Of a stretch of 64,000 nt of DNA, positions 55,449 through 64,000 are shown one piece after another. The stretch is from Clostridia bacterium. Its GTDB lineage: Bacteria > Bacillota > Clostridia > Oscillospirales > CAG-272. The notes beneath the pieces are model-generated. The model was not told where the DNA came from. It did no database searches and saw only the letters and a program-made list of their open reading frames with translations. The stretch spans positions 10,030-74,029 of the forward strand of contig JAFYBN010000008.1 of NCBI GenBank assembly GCA_017540175.1, read 5' to 3'. Within the stretch, counting starts at the first letter, position 1. Each line of letters begins with the position of its first letter. The translations under genes and the position numbers were made by a program.

Positions 55449-56498
55449 TTATGCGGGCAACTCAAATTTTCCGTCCTTCAGCCGCCAGAGCCGCACTTCG
55501 GTGTACTGCCCGTCCGGTCCCGCGCCCTCGTGAGAGATATAGAAATAACCGTCCCCCAGCGCGGCGATCCCGGTGGACCCGTGGGGGAAATCCACGCCGT
55601 CCGTTCCGTGCGCGTCAAGGCTGAGAAGCTCTCCCTCCGTCGGCGGAACGACGCCCCTCAAAAGCCCCTTGTGCGGTTTTGCCGCCGCGTCCGCCAGAAA
55701 CAGCGGCGGGTTTTTGAAGCCCGGCTTCTTTCCGGGATAGACGCAGAGGAAGAATTTGCGGGTGGCGGGGTCGTACTCGAGGTTCTGCACGCCGTAGGTC
55801 GTATTGCCCGTATAAACGAAATACCGGGAATCCGGCGCGTCCGGTCCCGTGGTGTGCGGGCACGCCTGATCGAGCGGCTCGGAAACCTCCCAAAGCCGTT
55901 CGGGATCGTATTTGAGTATGATCTGATGGTCGTTGTCGTCCCGCGAAATGTCGGAATAGATGCCGTAGGCGACAAAAATCCAATTCTTCGATTCGGCCGG
56001 CTCACCGAAATCCGGCGCGGCCGCGCAGCCGTCGATCCCGGAGCAGCCGAAGCGGTGCTTCACGACTCTGCCGTCCCCGAGCCGCACGTCGGCGAGATAA
56101 TCCTCGGTGACGGCGCGCAGAAACGAAGCGCGCATGATCCCGCCCGCCTCCATGTCCGGCTCCGTGATCCGATCGACGTCAAACATGGCGACGTAGAAGC
56201 GGTCCGACACGGGCTGATCCGTGCCGAGCATCCGGGCGATGCCGCGTCCGATCACGTCGTTCTTATATTCAAGCGATCCGTACACCCGCCCGCTTTCGGG
56301 ATGAAACGCGATGCACCCGAGATGCCCGGTGAGTCCCTTCACCGAGCCGACAAAGCGCCCCGCAAGGTCGGTCTTGACAAGCATCGTCGTGAAGGAGTAA
56401 TAGATATAACCCTTTGCGAGATCGACGGCGATCCCCTGGCAGTGCGGCGTGCGGTACGCGCCGGAATAAATGCGCCGCGGGAGGTTATCGGTATTCAC
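55449..56498 (-). CDS. hypothetical protein (no family recognised; possibly beta-propeller-like)
   Basis: 349-aa ORF with GC3-rich codons. Start overlaps the upstream PHP gene's stop by 4 nt, which argues for a real, co-translated gene. Confidence 0.6.
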   Translation of the reverse strand: MNTDNLPRRIYSGAYRTPHCQGIAVDLAKGYIYYSFTTMLVKTDLAGRFVGSVKGLTGHLGCIAFHPESGRVYGSLEYKNDVIGRGIARMLGTDQPVSDRFYVAMFDVDRITEPDMEAGGIMRASFLRAVTEDYLADVRLGDGRVVKHRFGCSGIDGCAAAPDFGEPAESKNWIFVAYGIYSDISRDDNDHQIILKYDPERLWEVSEPLDQACPHTTGPDAPDSRYFVYTGNTTYGVQNLEYDPATRKFFLCVYPGKKPGFKNPPLFLADAAAKPHKGLLRGVVPPTEGELLSLDAHGTDGVDFPHGSTGIAALGDGYFYISHEGAGPDGQYTEVRLWRLKDGKFELPA

Positions 56499-57310
56499 TC
56501 GGCCCTCCAGATCGTGACGCCCGTGATCTTTTCGTTCAGGCGCTCGTTGTCGTGCCGGACGAAGCCGAGGCCGCGCAGAAAATCCTCCGCCTCGTCGAAC
56601 CAGCAGGTGAGCTTTTCCTTGTAGTGACAGTCGGAATTGACGATGACCGATCCGCCCGCCGCCTTGATCTCGGAGAGCAGGAACGCCGACGGATACGGCA
56701 CGTCTCTGAGTCCGCGGGCGATCGCTCCGGTATTCAGCTCGAACAGAGGGCAGTGCTTGACGATCTCGCGGATCGCCTCGACCGCGGCGTCCCGGCAGAT
56801 CGGGTCGTCCTCAGGGAAGATGCCGTACTTCGTCGGCAGATCGAAATGCCCGACGATGTCGGCTTTATTCCGCATCACATGCTCGGTCAGGCGCTCGTAG
56901 TACGCCTTGCCGAAGTCCGTCCAGCTTCCGTGAAAGAGTCGCTCCACCAAATCACGCTGACCCGCTTCGCCGCCGTCGATGGAGCCCCACTGTGCGTGGC
57001 GCACCATCTCGTGCACGGACGCGATGATAAAATCCCAGTCCCCATATTCCATGGGCGTTTCCGAGTCCAGCTCGATGCCCGCCCATATCGCGATCTCTCC
57101 CCGGTACGCCGCTGCGAGGGAGCGAAGCTCGGTGAGGCAGTGCTGCACGACTCCGGCGCTCACGGCGTAAATCGACGCGAGGGGGGAGGGAGAATGCTCG
57201 GAAAAGCCGAGGGAGTGAAAGCCCAGCGCAAGGGCAGCTTCGATCATTTCCCGCGGGGTGTCGTGACCGTCGGAAAACCTGGTGTGAGTGTGAAAATTCT
57301 GTCTCTGCAT
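56495..57310 (-). CDS. PHP-family phosphatase (histidinol-phosphatase HisJ-like)
   Basis: MQRQNFHTHTRFSDGHDTPREMI...GFSEHSP.... Start trimmed to ATG 57310. Confidence 0.8.
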   Translation of the reverse strand: MQRQNFHTHTRFSDGHDTPREMIEAALALGFHSLGFSEHSPSPLASIYAVSAGVVQHCLTELRSLAAAYRGEIAIWAGIELDSETPMEYGDWDFIIASVHEMVRHAQWGSIDGGEAGQRDLVERLFHGSWTDFGKAYYERLTEHVMRNKADIVGHFDLPTKYGIFPEDDPICRDAAVEAIREIVKHCPLFELNTGAIARGLRDVPYPSAFLLSEIKAAGGSVIVNSDCHYKEKLTCWFDEAEDFLRGLGFVRHDNERLNEKITGVTIWRAE

Positions 57311-57315
57311 ATCGT

Positions 57316-57981
57316 TCAGTCCTGTTCCAAAATTTGCGGCAGGTCGGCAAAACGTGAAACGGCGTATTCGTAGTCGTCGGTTTTCCCGCGTCCCCACGTC
57401 TCGCCGAAGCCGTAGAGGCAGTAGACGAAGGGAATGCCCGCGCCGTGCGCGCCCTCGGCGTCGCTGACCGTGTCGCCGACGTAGACGCCGCGCTCGACGC
57501 CCCGGCGGTTCATGACGTCGCGGATGTTCTCCGCTTTGTTCTTACCGCTTCTGCCCGAGGATTCGCGGTCCTCGAACACGTCCCAGAGGCGGTGTGCCGT
57601 GAGAAAGGACTCAATGTAGCCGTCCTGCGCGTTCGACACGACGAAGAGGCGGTATCCCGCTTCCTTCAGGAGCGCGAGCGTTTCGGGCACCCCGGGATAG
57701 AGGATGCCGCCGCGCTCGGGGAGCCAGAGGTTCTCGAGCGCGCAGCTTTCCTCCATGAGCGAAAACGCCTCCTGAAAGCTCAGCGCGGGGAAGAAAATGC
57801 CCGCAAGCTCCTCGTTTGTCAGTCCCATGTAGCGGCAGACGCTCTCCCGGTTCAGCTCCACGGTGGCCTTCACGTCCAGGTGGCGCGCGAGAACCTCGAC
57901 CCAAGTCTGTGCCGTGACGCTCGAAGCGTCCCACAGCGTGCCGTCCAGATCGAACAGCACGCCGTCAAATTTCTTCTTCAA
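57316..57981 (-). CDS. HAD-IA family hydrolase (phosphoglycolate/sugar phosphatase-like)
   Basis: TTG start behind GGAGAA. Motif I VLFDLDGTLWD, VVSNAQ and GDTVSDAEGAHGAG. Confidence 0.85.
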   Translation of the reverse strand: MKKKFDGVLFDLDGTLWDASSVTAQTWVEVLARHLDVKATVELNRESVCRYMGLTNEELAGIFFPALSFQEAFSLMEESCALENLWLPERGGILYPGVPETLALLKEAGYRLFVVSNAQDGYIESFLTAHRLWDVFEDRESSGRSGKNKAENIRDVMNRRGVERGVYVGDTVSDAEGAHGAGIPFVYCLYGFGETWGRGKTDDYEYAVSRFADLPQILEQD

Positions 57982-58050
57982 TGATCCGTTCTCCGTATCT
58001 CGGCAAAAAAGCGCTCCCCGGAAGAAGCGCTTTTGCGTAGTCCAATTGAA

Positions 58051-60120
58051 TTATTCGTCTTCTTCGACGTGGGATTCGGCGATGATCTTCTGCGCGACGT
58101 TGGCGGGAACTTCTTCGTAGCGGTCAACCGCGAATTCGAAGGAGCCGCGGCCCTGGGACATGGCGCGGAGGGAGATCACGTAATCCATCATTTCGGCCTT
58201 CGGAACGGAGGCTTCGACGACGGTATAGCCGCTCTTTCTTTCGTGCGGGTTCATGCCGAGCACGCTGCCGCGTCTCTTGTTGAGGTCGCCCATGACGTCG
58301 CCCACGAGGGATTCCGGCACGCAGACCTTCAGCGTTCCGACGGGCTCGAGCAGGATCGGCTTCGCCTGCGGGAGACCGGCCTTATAAGCCAGACGCGCCG
58401 CGAGCTTGAAGGAGATTTCGTTCGAGTCGACCGGGTGGTAGGAACCGTCGTACAGGTCGGCCTTGAGGTTCACGACCGGGTAGCCGGCGAGAACGCCCTT
58501 CTGCATCGCTTCCTGCAGACCCTTTTCAACGGCGGGATAGAAGTTCTTCGGAACCGTGCCGCCGACGACGGACGTGACGAAGGTGAGGCCTTCTTCATCG
58601 CCGTGGGAGAAGCGGATCTTGACGTCGCCGAACTGACCGGAACCGCCGGACTGCTTCTTGTGACGGCCCTGCACGTCGGAGGTACCCTTGATGGTTTCGC
58701 GGTAGGGGATCCTCGGGTTCTCGAGCACGACGGAGGTCTTGTAGCGGTCCTTCATGCGGGAGACGACGACGGCAAGCTGCATGTCGCCCATGCCGGAGAT
58801 CGTCATCTGCTTCGTTTCGGGGTTGTTCTCGTACACAAGGGTCGGATCTTCCTCAAGCAGTCTGGCGAGGCCGGTGGAAATCTTGTCCTCGTCGCCCTTC
58901 GCGGCGGGGAGGATCGCCATGGTCATATAAGGATGCGGGAAGTTGATCTTCTTGTATTCGATATCGGAAGACACTGTGAGGGTGTCGTTCGTGTTGGTGT
59001 TGACGAGCTTGGTGATCATGCCGAGGTCGCCGCAGCAGAGGGAGGTCACTTCGGTCTGCTTGCTGCCGCGCATCGTGTAGATGTGGCCGAACTTTTCGCT
59101 CGCGCCCGTGCCCCGGTTGACGAGGGTCAGATCGTTGGTCAGCGTGCCGTTCATGACCTTGAAGAGGGTCTGCTTGCCGAAGGAGTCGGAAATGGACTTG
59201 TAGACGAAGATTCTGCATTCGCCGTCCGGATCGACCTTTTCTTCGCGGAAGCCGTCGCCGTCGACAACCTTCTCGATGCCCTTCGAAAGAGGAGTCGGGA
59301 AGGAGGTGCAGATCGTGTCGAGCAGGTAGGTCACGCCCCAGAGGTTGACCGCGCTGCCGGAGAAGACGGGAACGATCGAGCCGTCGACGATGCCGTGATG
59401 GAGCGCTTCCACCGCGTCTTCGTGGCTGATGTCGCCTTCCTCGAAATACTTTTCCATGAGCTCTTCACTCGTGGCAGCGAGCGCTTCGTTGAGCGCTTCC
59501 TTATACTGATCGGCGACACCCTGTTCTTCGGCGGAGAGTTCGCTCTCCGAACGCACGCCCTTCGCGTCGAAGGAATAGGACTTCATTTCGATCAGGTTGA
59601 TGAACGTGGTCTTGCCGCCGGCCTTGTGGGGAACGAGGATCGGGCAGACTTCCGTGCCGAACTGCTCCTGGAGGGAGGTGAACACGCGGTCGAAGTTCGC
59701 TTCGGGATCGTCGCACTTGTTGATGAAGAACACTCTCGGAATATCCGCTTCGGAGGCTCTGTCCCAGGCGAGCTCGGTGCCGACTTCGACGCCGGCCTTG
59801 CCGTCGAGGGTGATGATCGCGGAATCCGCCACGCGGATGCCGGAGAACACGTCGCCTTGGAAATCAAGGAAGCCGGGGGTGTCGATGAAGTTGATCTTGC
59901 AGTCCTTCCACATCACGGGAGCGAGGGAAAGGTTCAGCGAGAAGCCGCGCTTCTTTTCTTCGGGATCGTAGTCGCACACGGTGTTGCCGTCCGTGATCTT
60001 GCCCATTCTGTCCGTAGCCTTGGAGAGAAAGAGCGCTGTCTCCGCCAGGGAGGTTTTGCCCGAGCCGCCATGCCCGAGAAGGACGATGTTGCGAATGTTT
60101 TTGCTGGTGATATCCGCCAT
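58051..60120 (-). CDS. elongation factor G paralogue (translational GTPase)
   Basis: 689 aa. NIVLLGHGGSGKTSL (G1), DTPGFLDF (G3), NKCD (G4) and EF-G domains II-V. Not in an rpsL-rpsG-fusA-tuf context. RBS AAGGAG. Confidence 0.88.
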   Translation of the reverse strand: MADITSKNIRNIVLLGHGGSGKTSLAETALFLSKATDRMGKITDGNTVCDYDPEEKKRGFSLNLSLAPVMWKDCKINFIDTPGFLDFQGDVFSGIRVADSAIITLDGKAGVEVGTELAWDRASEADIPRVFFINKCDDPEANFDRVFTSLQEQFGTEVCPILVPHKAGGKTTFINLIEMKSYSFDAKGVRSESELSAEEQGVADQYKEALNEALAATSEELMEKYFEEGDISHEDAVEALHHGIVDGSIVPVFSGSAVNLWGVTYLLDTICTSFPTPLSKGIEKVVDGDGFREEKVDPDGECRIFVYKSISDSFGKQTLFKVMNGTLTNDLTLVNRGTGASEKFGHIYTMRGSKQTEVTSLCCGDLGMITKLVNTNTNDTLTVSSDIEYKKINFPHPYMTMAILPAAKGDEDKISTGLARLLEEDPTLVYENNPETKQMTISGMGDMQLAVVVSRMKDRYKTSVVLENPRIPYRETIKGTSDVQGRHKKQSGGSGQFGDVKIRFSHGDEEGLTFVTSVVGGTVPKNFYPAVEKGLQEAMQKGVLAGYPVVNLKADLYDGSYHPVDSNEISFKLAARLAYKAGLPQAKPILLEPVGTLKVCVPESLVGDVMGDLNKRRGSVLGMNPHERKSGYTVVEASVPKAEMMDYVISLRAMSQGRGSFEFAVDRYEEVPANVAQKIIAESHVEEDE

Positions 60121-60303
60121 TTTGAACTCCTTTATGTCGTAATGATAATCCTGTTTGAAGGGGAGCGCCCGGGGCGCAGTCCCACTTATTTATTATACAC
60201 GAAACGCGGTATAAATGCAATAGAAAACGTCAAATTCACGACGGGAAACAGCAGAAATTTTCTCGTCCGCGCTTTGTGCATTTCGCCGATAGAAGGAACG
60301 GGA

Positions 60304-60843
60304 TCAGTCCCGCGCGAGAACTTCTTCGATGCCGCAGACGTAAACGGTGTGGAAATCCCCTTGCGGATACATGCCGAGCGCGCCCGCGTCGAGGAATTTC
60401 CCCTGTTCGAGCGGCGCGGCGTAGAGCTTTTTCGTCTTGAGCACGAGCTTTGCCTCGTCGAACCAGACGGCGCGTCCGTCCCCGTTCTCATCCGAGATCG
60501 GCGTCAGGGCGCACTCCTTCGCCTTGTCGTAGTCCCGCCCGCTCTTCGAGCCGCAGAACTGGAGCGCGCTGCGATACTTTTCGTCAAAGAAGGAAAGCGT
60601 CAGGCGCGCGTTTGCTTCCGTAAAGCCGAAGGTATGCCGCTGGGGGCGGATGAAGACGAACGCGACCGGCCTGCCCCAGAGGATGCCGACGCCGCCCCAG
60701 GACGCGGTCATGGTGTTGTAATCGACACCGCCTTCAAGCCCCTCGCCGAGGTTCGCCGCGGTGACGAGCATCCAGTCCTGCCCGATCAGGCGGAAGGGGT
60801 TTTCCGAGATCTCCTCCGGGCTGATTCTTTTGAATTCGTTCAT
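60304..60843 (-). CDS. flavin reductase-like (FMN-binding split-barrel) protein
   Basis: …NPFRLIGQDWMLVTA…YNTMTASWGG…RPQRHT…CGSKSGRDYDK… Start trimmed to ATG 60843 behind GGAAAGGAAG. Confidence 0.72.
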   Translation of the reverse strand: MNEFKRISPEEISENPFRLIGQDWMLVTAANLGEGLEGGVDYNTMTASWGGVGILWGRPVAFVFIRPQRHTFGFTEANARLTLSFFDEKYRSALQFCGSKSGRDYDKAKECALTPISDENGDGRAVWFDEAKLVLKTKKLYAAPLEQGKFLDAGALGMYPQGDFHTVYVCGIEEVLARD

Positions 60844-60863
60844 TGCTCTCTTCCTTTCCCTTC

Positions 60864-61208
60864 TCAGAAATTCGAGCCGTTCCAGCCCCACTTGTCGTAT
60901 TCGGTGTATTTCACATAGATCCGCGCGGCGGGGATCGCGCATTCCTTCGCGACAAGTTCCGTGACGGCGGCGGTCATTTTGTCGTAGTTCTTTTTGAGCT
61001 GGGAGCCGAAAATCGAGACGTCGATCATGCAGCAGGGTTCGTCCGAACCGGCGAAATACATGGTCTCTTCCCCGCGGAAGAAGATCATGAGCCAGTTTTC
61101 CGTCTTGCCCGGGAAGGACGCGGCGAGGGCTTCGGCAACGGAGGACTTCAGCGCTTCCGCCTTTTCGGGAAGCAGGGTGACGTTCGTGCGGATGTCGATG
61201 TAGGGCAT
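60864..61208 (-). CDS. MIF/tautomerase-superfamily protein (N-terminal Pro1)
   Basis: 114 aa beginning MPYIDIRTNV..., with the length and pattern of phenylpyruvate tautomerase/MIF-like proteins. Confidence 0.7.
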   Translation of the reverse strand: MPYIDIRTNVTLLPEKAEALKSSVAEALAASFPGKTENWLMIFFRGEETMYFAGSDEPCCMIDVSIFGSQLKKNYDKMTAAVTELVAKECAIPAARIYVKYTEYDKWGWNGSNF

Positions 61209-61263
61209 GGTTTATTTCCTTTCTGACATTTTTGCGTTGATTCGCTGTGTGCGGGAATCCGCG

Positions 61264-62400
61264 TCAGACGCACGCATAGAGTATATTCCGGAGCCGGGGC
61301 GAGATATACGGCTCCTGATTGTTCAGCATGTGCTGGGTGTAGACGAGCGCGAGGCGGTTCTGCGGATCGAGGATGACCCACGCGCCAGCCGCGCCGCCCC
61401 AGCCGAATTCTCCGACGGGGGAGAGCGAGCCGCATTCCGTCGGTGCGATCATCGTCCGCACGCCGTATCCGTAGCCGTAGCCCGAAAGCTGCGGCCAGTT
61501 GAACGACGCTCTCTGACGCTCGCCGAGGGTGTTCGTGCGCCAGAGCGCGATCGACGCGGGGGAGAGATAGCGGTAGCCGTCGCGCGATAACCCGTTGTTT
61601 GCGACGGTATCGGCGAATTTCATGTAATCCTCGCAGGTGGAGACCACGCCCGCTCCGCCGGAATCGTAATCCGGGCCGAGGATGTGGCCGCAGGTGTTGT
61701 TCGTGCGGACACATTTGTTTTCGGCGTCGCGGTATTCGTACTGCACCGCCATGCGCGCCATTTTCTCCGGGTCGGGGAGATTGTAGGTCGTGTCCGTCAT
61801 CCCGAGCGGATCGAAGAGGACCTCTTTCGCGAAGTCGCGGAGCTTTTTGCCCGCGACGACCTCGATGAACGCGCCGAGCACGTCGTGGCAGAGGCTGTAC
61901 TGCCAATGCTCGCCCGGCTCGAAGCACAGTGGGGATTTCGCGAGAGCGCGGGCGATCTCGCGGGTCGGGCATCTGCCGCCCGTCGCTTTGCGGACCTCGT
62001 CGACCGCGTGCGTGCCGAAATTGTAGTCAAAGCCCGCCGTCATGTTGAAAAGCTGTCCGACGTGGATGGGATTCTTCGCGGGGGTGATCTCCTCTTTTCC
62101 GTCGACCCATGTCCGCACCGTCATGTCGCGGAATTCGGGCATGTATTCGGAGAGGGGATCGTTCATCGTGAAGAGCCCGCTTTCGTGGAGCCTCAGCCCG
62201 AGAGAAGTTGTGATGACCTTCGACGCGGACCAGAAATAGTAGAGCTCGTCGCCCTGCATGGCACGCCCCGCCTCGCTGTCCGCCCAGCCGGACATATAGC
62301 GGTAAACGGGCTCGTGATCCTTTGTCACCATGCAGTCGTTGCCAGGGATGCGCCACTCGGTCAGCCGGTCCTGAAACGCGCGCAGTCTGTCAAAATTCAT
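61264..62400 (-). CDS. beta-lactamase-family serine hydrolase (class C/esterase-like)
   Basis: 378 aa. SxxK motif in FWSASKVITT, with Tyr-containing and C-terminal GWGGAAG blocks. Confidence 0.85.
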   Translation of the reverse strand: MNFDRLRAFQDRLTEWRIPGNDCMVTKDHEPVYRYMSGWADSEAGRAMQGDELYYFWSASKVITTSLGLRLHESGLFTMNDPLSEYMPEFRDMTVRTWVDGKEEITPAKNPIHVGQLFNMTAGFDYNFGTHAVDEVRKATGGRCPTREIARALAKSPLCFEPGEHWQYSLCHDVLGAFIEVVAGKKLRDFAKEVLFDPLGMTDTTYNLPDPEKMARMAVQYEYRDAENKCVRTNNTCGHILGPDYDSGGAGVVSTCEDYMKFADTVANNGLSRDGYRYLSPASIALWRTNTLGERQRASFNWPQLSGYGYGYGVRTMIAPTECGSLSPVGEFGWGGAAGAWVILDPQNRLALVYTQHMLNNQEPYISPRLRNILYACV

Positions 62401-62427
62401 AAGGCAGTCCTTTCTCTCGTCCCGACG

Positions 62428-64000
62428 TCAGTCGAGGAAATAGATCACCATGTCGTGCACATAGCCTTCGCTGCTGATGAGGGAGTAATAGGGATTACTC
62501 GGGCTCACCCAGATATCGACCTGCCACTCGTAGAGTTTCGGTCCCCCGTCCGCCGCCGTGCGTACGCCGAAGTCATACCGGTCGTTGCGGATGTACATTC
62601 TCGTGTAATACGGGATGTGGTTCGTATCGACGGCGACGATGGTCTCGTCCGCCTCCTTGCCGATATAGGTCGGTCCGGGGAGATTGTAGTAGGTGGCGGG
62701 ACAGACGCGTTTCCAGGAATAGCTGTATGTGACCCCGTCCGCGCCGACGAGGGTGCCGCCCACGCCGACCTGCACGCGCTCCGTGACGGCGGGCACGATG
62801 ACTTCCTCGGAGTCGAGGCGGCGTTCGAATTCCACGCCGTTTTTATAGGTGACCGTATAGTGCATCACGGATTTTCCGTCCGCGCCCGCCTGCAGGGAAA
62901 CGACGTCCCCGCGCGGGATGGTGTCGATCTCGATCCGTTCGGTCTCGTGCTGCGTGGTCCGCGTGATGTTTTCGGTAATGGTTTCGTACTTGTCCACCTT
63001 GATCGTCACGCTCTCGGTGATGAGCGCGTTCAGATCGACGGAATCGATGCGCTCGCCGGGCAGCAGCGAGGTGTTGTTCTCGGCGAGGATCGCCGCAACC
63101 GTGGTGGGCTCGGTGAAGACCGTGATGTTCTGGCGGTCATAGAAATCGAGCATGATCCAGATCTTTTCGGCTTCCGCCACAGGCGGCTCGATTTGCTGCC
63201 AGCCGTCGCCGGCTTCCGTTTCGCCTCCGGTCGGGGGCTCCTCGGTCTGTCCGGTCACACTTCCCGGCTGCTGTGCTTCCGTGCCGCCCGGATTTTCGGG
63301 CTCGCCCGCTTCGCCGCTTGTGTCGGGTTCGCCGACCTCGCCCGCTCCGTCTTCACCCGTTCCGCCTTCTTCACCGGTCTGAGCGTCGACGGGGGAGACG
63401 GGATCGTTCTCTTCCCCGCCCTCTCCGGCATTTCCTTCGGCCGGCAGTGTATCGTCCGGTCTGCCGGGTTCGCCGGTCTCCGACACGGTCTTGCCGGGCT
63501 CTTCGGGCTGTTCTCCGGCTCTCTTCGATTTGACGATCGCCGAGATGATCAGCCCGGCGATGAGCGTCAGAATCACGGCGGCGGCTACGCCGAACAGGAT
63601 CGCCTTCTTTCGGCGCTTTGCGGCCTGCTCCTCCGCCTTCTTCCGCTCTTCGATTTCCCGCTCCTCCGGGTCACCCCCGAAGTCCGGGTAATCCGCCGCA
63701 CTCTGCCAGGGCGCGGCAGTCTGCGGAGTCGGGCTGCTCGGTGCAGGCTGAACCGGTCCGTCGCTCTGCCGCTGCTGGAACACGGCTGTGTGACCGGACG
63801 GCAGGTGGGTATTGTTCTCCGTTCTCACGCGGATGGGAGCCGCGGTGGATACCCGCGCGTGACGGGCTCCGAGGATCCGCTCCGCGATTTCCGCGAGGTT
63901 TTCGGGCTCTTCTTCAGGCTCTTCGGACTCGTCGGACTCGTCGTATTCTTCGTATCCCTCGTATTCTTCCTCGTAACCTTCGTATTCTTCGTATTCTCCG
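62428..64000 (-). CDS. YabE/RpfB-like DUF348-G5-3D cell-wall protein with acidic low-complexity regions; 5' end may lie beyond the window
   Basis: The G5 block reads …IEIDTIPRGDVVSLQAGADGKSVMHYTVTYKNGVE…. The C-terminal 3D/MltA-like block reads …VAVDTNHIPYYTRMYIRN…QVDIW…. One TM helix (ILFGVAAAVILTLIAGLIISAIV). The reading frame stays open upstream of the track's GTG (63828) to position 64000, encoding ...EYEEYEGYEEEYEGYEEYDESDESEEPEEEPENLAEIAERILG.... Confidence 0.75.
   Translation of the reverse strand, partial: GEYEEYEGYEEEYEGYEEYDESDESEEPEEEPENLAEIAERILGARHARVSTAAPIRVRTENNTHLPSGHTAVFQQRQSDGPVQPAPSSPTPQTAAPWQSAADYPDFGGDPEEREIEERKKAEEQAAKRRKKAILFGVAAAVILTLIAGLIISAIVKSKRAGEQPEEPGKTVSETGEPGRPDDTLPAEGNAGEGGEENDPVSPVDAQTGEEGGTGEDGAGEVGEPDTSGEAGEPENPGGTEAQQPGSVTGQTEEPPTGGETEAGDGWQQIEPPVAEAEKIWIMLDFYDRQNITVFTEPTTVAAILAENNTSLLPGERIDSVDLNALITESVTIKVDKYETITENITRTTQHETERIEIDTIPRGDVVSLQAGADGKSVMHYTVTYKNGVEFERRLDSEEVIVPAVTERVQVGVGGTLVGADGVTYSYSWKRVCPATYYNLPGPTYIGKEADETIVAVDTNHIPYYTRMYIRNDRYDFGVRTAADGGPKLYEWQVDIWVSPSNPYYSLISSEGYVHDMVIYFLD

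Noticed and set aside
58051-60120. EF-G paralogue as a TetM/TetO-type ribosomal protection (tetracycline resistance) gene
   Set aside because: Its length (689 aa) and overall pattern fit EF-G/EF-G2 rather than the ~640-aa Tet(M) family. There is no mobile-element context, and I cannot support a resistance call from sequence reading alone.
54243-60918. 793-aa (54243-56624) and 961-aa (58033-60918) + strand ORFs
   Set aside because: Each spans several independent, well-supported minus-strand genes (Gfo/Idh/MocA, hypothetical, PHP; EF-G, flavin reductase). This is a high-GC stop-codon-depletion artefact.
41000-62000. CRISPR-Cas context for the CARF-DUF1887 gene
   Set aside because: I looked for direct repeats with regular spacers and for cas-like ORFs on both sides and found none. 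The neighbours are metabolic, ribosomal and cell-wall genes, so the gene is treated as an orphan rather than part of a CRISPR locus.
63150-63480. Apparent tandem-repeat-like GC-rich stretch (…ggctcgcccgcttcgccg…ggttcgccgacctcgcccgc…)
   Set aside because: It is the coding sequence of the Gly/Glu/Pro low-complexity linker of the G5-3D protein. The periodicity is imperfect, and it is neither a CRISPR nor a VNTR-like non-coding array.

Overview
Visibly GC-rich, GC3-biased chromosomal segment. Gene content and order look like a Clostridia-type Firmicute (rpmG-secE-nusG-rplK-rplA, single-chain clostridial PurL, SLH surface protein, Hdr/Flx genes). I support about 55 protein genes, one tRNA-Arg(ACG), one ZTP riboswitch, several near-consensus sigma-A promoters and several intrinsic terminators. 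I saw no rRNA, CRISPR array, cas gene, transposase, integrase or prophage signature. Many long ORFs in the track are antisense or alternate-frame shadows typical of high-GC DNA. Left to right: (i) minus-strand sugar-acid block: LarA-family enzyme, PHP phosphoesterase, gnd, PfkB kinase, truncated acyltransferase; (ii) ZTP-riboswitch-controlled purE-purM-purN-purO-purH(AICARFT only)-purD-purL operon; (iii) DUF4430 lipoprotein plus ECF S-component; (iv) orphan solute-binding lipoprotein and a 71-aa sorting-signal-like peptide; (v) an 11-gene minus-strand operon mdh-fumC-hdrB-hdrC-hdrA-mvhD/flxD-flxC-flxB-flxA-frdB-frdA, my top candidate for an undescribed system (an Hdr/Flx flavin-based bifurcation module wired to a soluble fumarate reductase and preceded by the two enzymes that make fumarate); (vi) wecB, an SLH protein with seven novel ~100-aa repeats, alpha-galactosidase-like GH, aldo-keto reductase, SPFH protein, DMT transporter, tRNA-Arg; (vii) asnB-like/D-aspartate ligase/aspartate racemase/murE peptidoglycan cross-bridge module; (viii) ThyX-like protein lacking the RHR motif, hslO; (ix) rpmG-secE-nusG-rplK-rplA behind a ~190-nt structured leader; (x) an 8-gene tightly packed minus operon (HAD, PHP, unknown, Gfo/Idh/MocA, deoC, deoD, orphan CARF-DUF1887 Card1/Can2-like protein, glxK); (xi) EF-G paralogue, flavin reductase, MIF-type tautomerase, serine hydrolase, YabE-like DUF348-G5-3D protein running off the right edge. 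All family calls come from reading the translations and recalling motifs; no searches were run.
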